A stretch of DNA of 24,000 bases, taken from Salmonella phage SPLA5a. The DNA lies in the sequence record OR413583.1; one strand, 5' to 3'. The notes under the pieces were generated by a model. It saw nothing but the letters and a program-made list of their open reading frames with translations. It did not search any database and was not told the origin of the DNA. Every line of letters begins with the position of its first letter. The stretch's first letter is position 1. Below are positions 7,834-13,705 of this stretch, one piece after another. A program made the translations under genes and the position numbers.

Positions 7834-8031
7834 ATGGCTAAGTTAAACTGGAAAGAAGCACAACAAGCTATGCGTGAAGGTAAGAAGGTACGCAACCAAT
7901 ACTTTACCCCGGAGGAGTTCTTCGAAATGAAGAACGGGCAAATCGTGTGCGAAATGGGATACAACATGGCTGGTTGGTATCTTGGTGAGACATGGCAGGA
8001 TGAGGGGTGGAGTATCATTGAAAATGTGTAA
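7834..8031 (+). CDS. DUF2829/Tad2-like small protein (tentative)
   Basis: MAKLNWKEAQQAMREGKKVRNQYFTPEEFFEMKNGQIVCEMGYNMAGWYLGETWQDEGWSIIENV; pattern like ...ALxxLKxGKKVRR...DGxI...DW.I. Confidence 0.5.
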   Translation: MAKLNWKEAQQAMREGKKVRNQYFTPEEFFEMKNGQIVCEMGYNMAGWYLGETWQDEGWSIIENV

Positions 8032-8209
8032 ACATAAAAACGTAGCAAAGGTTGACCATTCAAAGCCTGGGGCATATGGTGATTCTATCTGCAAAGACTG
8101 TGGTCTGGTGTTTCACAATGCGTGGCCTGTTGCAGTTTTGATCTTCGGCCTGCCTTTGATTTTTTCCATTGTTGCTCTTGTTGGGATTTTATTTGGTGAA
8201 AAAGTATGA
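8024..8209 (+). CDS. Small Cys/His plus transmembrane protein, 61 aa
   Basis: MCKHKNVAKVDHSKPGAYGDSICKDCGLVFHNAWPVAVLIFGLPLIFSIVALVGILFGEKV; start at 8024 with ATG/TAA overlap; metal-binding-like N-terminus and hydrophobic C-terminal helix. Confidence 0.65.
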   Translation: MCKHKNVAKVDHSKPGAYGDSICKDCGLVFHNAWPVAVLIFGLPLIFSIVALVGILFGEKV

Positions 8210-8409
8210 GCGAATGGATAAGAACACCAAACGGTGTAGAAGACATGGCGGTTGGTGACTGGTGTGTCCTTATGGCAGATGGTGACCGTGGTTATTGCAA
8301 GGCTCGGCAAGGCGGCAACTGTATCCATTACATCATCAATGGTCATTTCCATTTTGATCTTGAACCTGTTGTGGCTTATATGCCATTCCCTGAGTTGCCG
8401 GGGGCGTAA
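8206..8409 (+). CDS. Hypothetical protein, 67 aa
   Basis: ATGA-coupled ORF MSEWIRTPNGVEDMAVGDWCVLMADGDRGYCKARQGG. Confidence 0.65.
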   Translation: MSEWIRTPNGVEDMAVGDWCVLMADGDRGYCKARQGGNCIHYIINGHFHFDLEPVVAYMPFPELPGA

Positions 8410-8585
8410 TGGCAAAGTTCAAATTTCCGCTGAAAGAGATCAACGAGGTTTGGTGGATTGATCGCTTTGACATGGTGATGGCTGGTTATACATACCAGCG
8501 TCAGCGTATTTTTGTTGTCTGTGCTAAGACGAAGGCTGAAGCTCGTGAAAGCATGGACGCTTTTAAAGAGAGGAGTTGTGCATGA
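8409..8585 (+). CDS. Hypothetical protein, 58 aa (below the ORF-track cutoff)
   Basis: MAKFKFPLKEINEVWWIDRFDMVMAGYTYQRQRIFVVCAKTKAEARESMDAFKERSCA; start overlaps the preceding stop and stop overlaps the next ATG (8582). Confidence 0.65.
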   Translation: MAKFKFPLKEINEVWWIDRFDMVMAGYTYQRQRIFVVCAKTKAEARESMDAFKERSCA

Positions 8586-8758
8586 AAGTAAAAATGAACT
8601 GCAACTACAGCGACCGCTTAGACCATCCCCGTGCTGGAGATGTCCTCGATGTTTTGGAAGAGGTCTATAACGGGACTTTCATTGAATATTATCGTTGTGA
8701 ATGGAAAGGCGGTGACCTTGACGTTTACCCATACGAGTGTGATGAGGTGAAGAAATGA
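8582..8758 (+). CDS. Hypothetical protein, 58 aa
   Basis: MKVKMNCNYSDRLDHPRAGDVLDVLEEVYNGTF...; RBS agagagg upstream, ATGA coupling both sides. Confidence 0.6.
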   Translation: MKVKMNCNYSDRLDHPRAGDVLDVLEEVYNGTFIEYYRCEWKGGDLDVYPYECDEVKK

Positions 8759-9249
8759 GTTTCAAATACAAAGTTGGAGACCTGATCGAAGCTGCGAAAT
8801 CTGGGGAGATCAATGTTTTTGCGCATGGATGCAATTGTTATTGCACGATGGGAAGCGGGATCGCTCCTCTGATCAAAGAGGCGTTCCCAAAAATGTACGC
8901 TGCGGATCTGAAAACCGAAAAAGGCGACAAGACCAAACTGGGAAGCTTTACTTGGGCTGTTATGAACGGCGGAACCCTTGCAGGTTTTAATCTGTATTCC
9001 CAATACGGTTATAATCGCCGTAAACAGGGTCTCAGGGACCTCGATTACAATGCCCTGTATGATTCAATGGTCGCGATGAAGAAGTGCTTACAGGCGCACA
9101 CAGACGGTTCTATGATGGATCGCAAGATTGGCTTCCCGAAGATTGGTGCTGGTCTCGCAGGCGGCGACTGGAACGTGATTGAAGCAATGATTAAATCCGT
9201 CTTCTTCGATTGCGATGTTACTGTGTACATCTTGCCGGAGAAGAAGTGA
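8755..9249 (+). CDS. Macro domain protein (ADP-ribose-binding/processing family)
   Basis: INVFAHGCNCYCTMGSGIAPLIKEAFPKMYAAD...LGSFTWA...GFPKIGAGLAGGDW matches macro domain signature motifs. Confidence 0.85.
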   Translation: MSFKYKVGDLIEAAKSGEINVFAHGCNCYCTMGSGIAPLIKEAFPKMYAADLKTEKGDKTKLGSFTWAVMNGGTLAGFNLYSQYGYNRRKQGLRDLDYNALYDSMVAMKKCLQAHTDGSMMDRKIGFPKIGAGLAGGDWNVIEAMIKSVFFDCDVTVYILPEKK

Positions 9250-9422
9250 TGGCGGAAAAGAAAAACCTGCACCCAGAAACAGCTTACAATCGAATCATAT
9301 CGGCTATTCGTGAGATCGACCCGAAAATAGTTTCTGTACTGGATCGCAAAGACGCACTAAGCGCTATTGATGATGCCTGCTATGAAGTTTTGTGGCAGGA
9401 TTGGATGGGGGAAGAGGAATGA
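9249..9422 (+). CDS. Hypothetical protein, 57 aa
   Basis: MAEKKNLHPETAYNRIISAIREIDPKIVSVLDRKDALSAIDDACYEVLWQDWMGEEE; start overlaps upstream stop. Confidence 0.6.
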   Translation: MAEKKNLHPETAYNRIISAIREIDPKIVSVLDRKDALSAIDDACYEVLWQDWMGEEE

Positions 9423-9601
9423 TTGAGGTTATTTACTTTCTGGGCGCTTTTGTGGGGTTTTACATCTTCATGAAAAGAGCACAGCAAAGCTGGCGATTGG
9501 ACACGATGGATTTATTCGGCGGTGTGTTCATGGGCCTACTCTGGCCTCTGTACTTCACTAATCTTGTGGTATTACGTCTTTTTAACGGGAACTGGAAATG
9601 A
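9419..9601 (+). CDS. Small membrane protein, 60 aa
   Basis: MIEVIYFLGAFVGFYIFMKRAQQSWRLDTMDLFGGVFMGLLWPLYFTNLVVLRLFNGNWK; two hydrophobic segments, ATGA coupling. Confidence 0.6.
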   Translation: MIEVIYFLGAFVGFYIFMKRAQQSWRLDTMDLFGGVFMGLLWPLYFTNLVVLRLFNGNWK

Positions 9602-9801
9602 TTGAAGAAATTTATGTGATCATCGACACCCACAATGCGACCTTCTGGAAGTCTGCTAACGACAAGACATCATGGCCTTCAGCGGGAACAGCGAAGTCTG
9701 CCTTTGGTTCAAGTCGATACAATCCGCTGCGTTGTCTGTATTCTCAACAGGACCGATTTAAGATCGCAAAAGTAACCGCCGCAGGGGTGATTTATGAGTA
9801 A
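9598..9801 (+). CDS. Hypothetical protein, paralogue of the following gene
   Basis: MIEEIYVIIDTHNATFWKSANDKTSWPSAGTAKSAF... shares a YVIxD...W...W.S.G.AK.A pattern with 9794-10012. Confidence 0.7.
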   Translation: MIEEIYVIIDTHNATFWKSANDKTSWPSAGTAKSAFGSSRYNPLRCLYSQQDRFKIAKVTAAGVIYE

Positions 9802-10012
9802 GGACAGCGTTTACGTTATCTATGACAAGGAAGACGACTGCCTGTGGCACCATAAAGCAAAGATCGGGTGGATAAGCCCCGGCGCTGCAAAGAACGCCTG
9901 GAACCTTGGCAAGAAAATAAAATTTGACAACCAGAATCGTTATGTTGTAGTCTGTGTAAACGAATTGCTGGTCAAGTCTTTAATTGAGGAGAAGAGAAAT
10001 GACAATGAGTAA
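9794..10012 (+). CDS. Hypothetical protein, paralogue of the preceding gene
   Basis: MSKDSVYVIYDKEDDCLWHHKAKIGWISPGAAKNAW...; coupled ORF. Confidence 0.7.
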   Translation: MSKDSVYVIYDKEDDCLWHHKAKIGWISPGAAKNAWNLGKKIKFDNQNRYVVVCVNELLVKSLIEEKRNDNE

Positions 10013-10532
10013 ATCTGTGGCAGGTATCGGTCAGACCGAACAGGAAGCGGTATACATAGGTGGTAAGCGTTTTGCTGGCGCACTTACCAATGCCCGTCCT
10101 TTTTACGGCTTTGGTGACACGAAGGATGTTCGGTGCATCAAAGGCTTTTGTTATCGTGATCTGAAAAATCGCGGCTTCGACAATGGCGATATCCGAACCT
10201 CTGTTGTAAAAGAACTGATCATTCATGAGCGTGACATCTACGCCATCACGATGAACAGTGCTTATCGACTGGACAACGTGTGCCTGCTGGCATTCCTTGC
10301 TTCCGGTGTGTGGCGTGACGACATCCTTAAGCTGCTTGCGGATGCAACGAAAGATGCTTATCCAGAAGAAGGGGTTGTGTCCGTAGAGGCCAACCTGACC
10401 TATCGTGTGACCCCAGAATATTTCCAAGAGGCCACAAAACGTTTATCTCCCGGCGAATGGGTTGTCACCCAAGCAGATTCTGTGAAGCGAACCCTGAAAG
10501 TAGGTAACGAAGTGTATGTGGAGGAGAAATAA
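9999..10532 (+). CDS. Hypothetical protein, 177 aa
   Basis: MTMSKSVAGIGQTEQEAVYIGGKRFAGALTNARPFYG...; RBS gaggagaagag before ATG 9999. Confidence 0.8.
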   Translation: MTMSKSVAGIGQTEQEAVYIGGKRFAGALTNARPFYGFGDTKDVRCIKGFCYRDLKNRGFDNGDIRTSVVKELIIHERDIYAITMNSAYRLDNVCLLAFLASGVWRDDILKLLADATKDAYPEEGVVSVEANLTYRVTPEYFQEATKRLSPGEWVVTQADSVKRTLKVGNEVYVEEK

Positions 10533-11570
10533 TTGACTAAAGCTATCAAATACCCAAGCACAAACCAGTTCCGTCAGGTGATCCGTACTGTCCACGACCG
10601 TCTTACCTTTGACGGTATTGATGAGGATGGTAACGTAAAGCGCAAAGTCGTTAACCCGACTGAGTTTCTCCTGCCATACGTGGGGACAGTGAAGATCCAC
10701 GGGACCAACGGGAGCATTGTGTTTTACTCCGAAGATGAAGTTGTGTTCCAATCCAAAGAGCGTATTCTGTCTCTTGAGCAGGATAACAGTGGCTTTATGG
10801 CGTTTATGGTGCGTAAGGATACCGGATCACTACTGAATCAGGTGAAACACATCTGCGAAATCAACGAAGTCCCGTTCGAGTTCCCGGTTGAAATCGCTGG
10901 TGAATGGGCTGGTCGTGGTATTCAGAAAGGTGTTGCAGTCAGTGAGGTTGAGCAGTTCTTTGCCATCTTCCGTGTTGCAATTGGTCAGAAAGAAACCTCT
11001 CTGAAATGGTTACCGCCGAGCGCAATCTTCGGTATGGGTCTGCCTGAACAACGTATCTTCAACGTGCTTGACTTTGGCTACTGGTATGTGCATATTCCGT
11101 TCAACGAACCAGAGATGGTGCAGAACGATCTGACCACCCTGACCTTGCAGGTGGAAGCACAATGTCCTGCTGGTAAGTTCTTTGGCGTTGAGGGTGTTGG
11201 TGAGGGGATCGTGTGGTCTCCAAAGAGCATTGAACTGGCGCAAGACTCTGGCCTGTGGTTCAAGGTGAAAGGCGAGAAGCATTCTGTCTCCAAGGTCAAG
11301 ACTCTGGCAGAAGTTGATCCGGTGCGCCTACAGAATATCCGTGAGTTTGTCGAGTACGCGGTCACTGAAAACCGTCTGGAGCAGGGCCTGGGTGAAGTGG
11401 GTCTCGACCAGACCAAGATCGGTGAGTTCATCGGTTGGGTTAGCCGTGACATCAACAAGGAAGAAGGTGATGTTCTGGAAGCGAATGCCCTGACCATGAA
11501 GGATGTTGCCAAATTTATCAGCAACAAATCTCGTGGTTGGTACATGCAGAGACTGAATGAGGTTGGATAA
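10533..11570 (+). CDS. RNA ligase (T4 Rnl2-like)
   Basis: Nucleotidyltransferase motif VKIHGTNGSIVFY (compare Rnl2 EKIHGTN), FPVEIAGEWAGRGIQKG and downstream KVKGE; TTG start after ggaggag. Confidence 0.8.
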   Translation: MTKAIKYPSTNQFRQVIRTVHDRLTFDGIDEDGNVKRKVVNPTEFLLPYVGTVKIHGTNGSIVFYSEDEVVFQSKERILSLEQDNSGFMAFMVRKDTGSLLNQVKHICEINEVPFEFPVEIAGEWAGRGIQKGVAVSEVEQFFAIFRVAIGQKETSLKWLPPSAIFGMGLPEQRIFNVLDFGYWYVHIPFNEPEMVQNDLTTLTLQVEAQCPAGKFFGVEGVGEGIVWSPKSIELAQDSGLWFKVKGEKHSVSKVKTLAEVDPVRLQNIREFVEYAVTENRLEQGLGEVGLDQTKIGEFIGWVSRDINKEEGDVLEANALTMKDVAKFISNKSRGWYMQRLNEVG

Positions 11571-12218
11571 ATGCTAGAAATGCTCTCCATAGGAAAAACT
11601 GGCAATATTGTTAGTGATTTCATTTATAACGGGGAGGTCGTAGGACCAACCTACACACAAGTAAATGATGCAATGGGATTTGTTGGAGGAACGAGGTATC
11701 AAGGAGACGCGTATGTCTCCTTTACTGAAGTCAACACTGGTGATGTGTGGTATATTGCAAAAGCCCAAACCATAGCCAATATTGACCATTCTGTTTTAGA
11801 TGCGGCGGGTGGCTTCAGGGGCAAAAACATCACAATCTCTGGGGCAGGGTACTTCGCCAGGACTCTTTATATGACCAGGGATGGTTTTACTTCTGCCGAT
11901 GTTAGGAATGGCGGTTCTGTTACATACAGTGCAAACTCAACCTTTGCATTTTCAGAGTTTAACAAGATCTTTTATCAGATCTTGGGACTAAATGGGGCCT
12001 CTGTGGAAGGTATCCAATACGGAACAGCCGCGAAGTTTACTGCGGCCCAGTTAGGGTTTCATCAAAATGCAGGCGGGGCGTTAATTGGTGCTGAAGTAAA
12101 TCCTGATGGTTACAGGATTGTCCAGGCCGCTGGGTGGACCACAAGGCTTAGTCGAAAGCTTGCAAGCCCTTATCATGGATGGAGACCTATGCTAAAAGTG
12201 CTTGGGGAGAGTATGTAA
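11571..12218 (+). CDS. Hypothetical protein, 215 aa
   Basis: ORF directly after the ligase stop; MLEMLSIGKTGNIVSDFIYNGEVVGPTYTQVNDAMGFVGG... Confidence 0.75.
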   Translation: MLEMLSIGKTGNIVSDFIYNGEVVGPTYTQVNDAMGFVGGTRYQGDAYVSFTEVNTGDVWYIAKAQTIANIDHSVLDAAGGFRGKNITISGAGYFARTLYMTRDGFTSADVRNGGSVTYSANSTFAFSEFNKIFYQILGLNGASVEGIQYGTAAKFTAAQLGFHQNAGGALIGAEVNPDGYRIVQAAGWTTRLSRKLASPYHGWRPMLKVLGESM

Positions 12219-12401
12219 ATGGCCCTGATCGTATCTGTAACTCGTGCCGTTAAAGACAAGCCTTTGAAGGCACAATGTGAAACTTTAATCTTCGAGGACG
12301 AAGAACAGGGTAGACAATATGTGGAAGAACATGCTACCTTTGTCTTCTCAGTTCAAAAAGCGAGGATTGTGAAGAATGGAAAAACCGAAACCCAAATTTG
12401 A
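12219..12401 (+). CDS. Hypothetical protein, 60 aa
   Basis: MALIVSVTRAVKDKPLKAQCETLIFEDEEQGRQYVEEHATFVFSVQKARIVKNGKTETQI; adjacent to the upstream stop. Confidence 0.6.
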   Translation: MALIVSVTRAVKDKPLKAQCETLIFEDEEQGRQYVEEHATFVFSVQKARIVKNGKTETQI

Positions 12402-12552
12402 GGTGGGACAGAAAGTAAAGGATCTTATTACTGGCAGGGTATTAAGCATAACTAGCCGCTGTTACTTTAGTGGCTGGGTATATTCTTTCGATTCTGTGGG
12501 TATGTATTTGTACCCAGAGGAAGATTTGGAGGCTGTAAATGGGACTGCGTGA
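12376..12552 (+). CDS. Hypothetical protein, 58 aa (below the ORF-track cutoff)
   Basis: MEKPKPKFEVGQKVKDLITGRVLSITSRCYFSGWVYSFDSVGMYLYPEEDLEAVNGTA; overlaps both neighbours, fills the gap between 12401 and 12539. Confidence 0.6.
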   Translation: MEKPKPKFEVGQKVKDLITGRVLSITSRCYFSGWVYSFDSVGMYLYPEEDLEAVNGTA

Positions 12553-12943
12553 GTGGTTAAATGTGAAGAGAAGACAAATGGAGGATAACGTGGTAAACTC
12601 TATAAGTATCAATGGCAATACCATCATCAATGGTAACGTTGTTGGTGGTGATATGAACATTACTTCCCGTGGTGATAACATTTACATCAACGGCGAGTTA
12701 GTTCACACCACGCAAGAGAAGAACATCACTGTGGTTATTCATGGTGACACCAAGGGTATTTCCACTGTTGCTGGCAACGTGAATGTTTATGGCGTTAATT
12801 CTGGCGACATTAAGACAACCTCTGGTGATGTTCATGTTGAGCACGGCGCTCTGGGTGACGTTACCACAGTGTCCGGGGATGTTTATGCAGAAAAGATCGA
12901 AGGTAATGTTAAAACTGTATCAGGCGACATCTCCCGCCGTTAA
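12539..12943 (+). CDS. Beta-solenoid-like repeat protein (bactofilin/DUF4097-like pattern)
   Basis: Repeated short units: NGNTIINGNVVGGDMNITS...GNVNVYGVNSGDIKTTSGDVHVEHGALGDVTTVSGDVYAEKIEGNVKTVSGDI; RBS ggagg. Confidence 0.75.
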   Translation: MGLREWLNVKRRQMEDNVVNSISINGNTIINGNVVGGDMNITSRGDNIYINGELVHTTQEKNITVVIHGDTKGISTVAGNVNVYGVNSGDIKTTSGDVHVEHGALGDVTTVSGDVYAEKIEGNVKTVSGDISRR

Positions 12944-12948
12944 TTGAT

Positions 12949-12975
12949 AGCCCCTTTCTTGGGGCTTTTTAATTT
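12949..12975 (+). terminator. Rho-independent terminator
   Basis: AGCCCC-TTTCTT-GGGGCT followed by TTTTAATTT. Confidence 0.75.
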
Positions 12976-12985
12976 GGAGCAAGAT

Positions 12986-13516
12986 TTGAAAATAAAAGCA
13001 ATAATCCTGGCAACCGCCTGTGCATTTTCTCTGACTACCACACCAGTCTTAGCCAAAGAAAACGCAAAGAAGCCCAAGGTGATCCATCTTTGTAAAAAAG
13101 ATGATACAGCGGTAAACATCTTGGCATGTAATATGTATCGTGAAGCCCGTGGTGAAAGCGATCATGGTCTTATGTCAATAGCTTTTGTGACGCTTAACCG
13201 AAAAGACAATGACAAGTTTCCTCGAACGGTAAAGAAGATTGTCTACCAACCGGGGCAGTTTTCCTGGACATCCTACAGTACAAGCTTCAAAGTGTATGAG
13301 AAAGATCGTTGGGAAAAGGCCAAGGAGTTCGCAGAGGTATTGACCAAGATCCACAACAATAACAAAATTGTTTATGATGCCATTGACATCACCAAGGGGT
13401 CTACGTATTATCATTCAAAGAAGGTTAAGCCTTACTGGACCAAGGCGATGATTCGCACGGTCAGTATTGATAACCACATCTACTACAAAGAAAAGCCGGA
13501 CCCCCAGGGAGCCTGA
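12986..13516 (+). CDS. Secreted SleB-like cell wall hydrolase
   Basis: Signal peptide LKIKAIILATACAFSLTTTPVLA (TTG start after ttggag), then MYREARGESDHGLMSIAFVTLNR...GQFSW...GSTYYHSKKVKPYW typical of SleB/Hydrolase_2. Confidence 0.8.
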   Translation: MKIKAIILATACAFSLTTTPVLAKENAKKPKVIHLCKKDDTAVNILACNMYREARGESDHGLMSIAFVTLNRKDNDKFPRTVKKIVYQPGQFSWTSYSTSFKVYEKDRWEKAKEFAEVLTKIHNNNKIVYDAIDITKGSTYYHSKKVKPYWTKAMIRTVSIDNHIYYKEKPDPQGA

Positions 13517-13520
13517 ACTT

Positions 13521-13694
13521 ATGAAGAATTTTTTGCTGCTTTGTGTTTGCATTATCCCGTATCTTGTGATACTGTCTATTACTCAATGGATGTTCTGGGA
13601 ACAAGTGTCAGGAGCGTATCTTCTTGGATTACTGGCAGGCATCTACATAGTGCGGAAAGCTCGCAAAAGAAACCCCATAAATAACTGCAAATAG
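13521..13694 (+). CDS. Small membrane protein, 57 aa, two predicted transmembrane helices
   Basis: MKNFLLLCVCIIPYLVILSITQWMFWEQVSGAYLLGLLAGIYIVRKARKRNPINNCK immediately downstream of the SleB-like gene. Confidence 0.65.
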   Translation: MKNFLLLCVCIIPYLVILSITQWMFWEQVSGAYLLGLLAGIYIVRKARKRNPINNCK

Positions 13695-13705
13695 AGGAGA
13701 AAAGG

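Noticed and set aside
11078-11623. 181-aa minus-strand ORF
   Set aside because: Antisense to the RNA ligase with no domain or RBS; shadow ORF.
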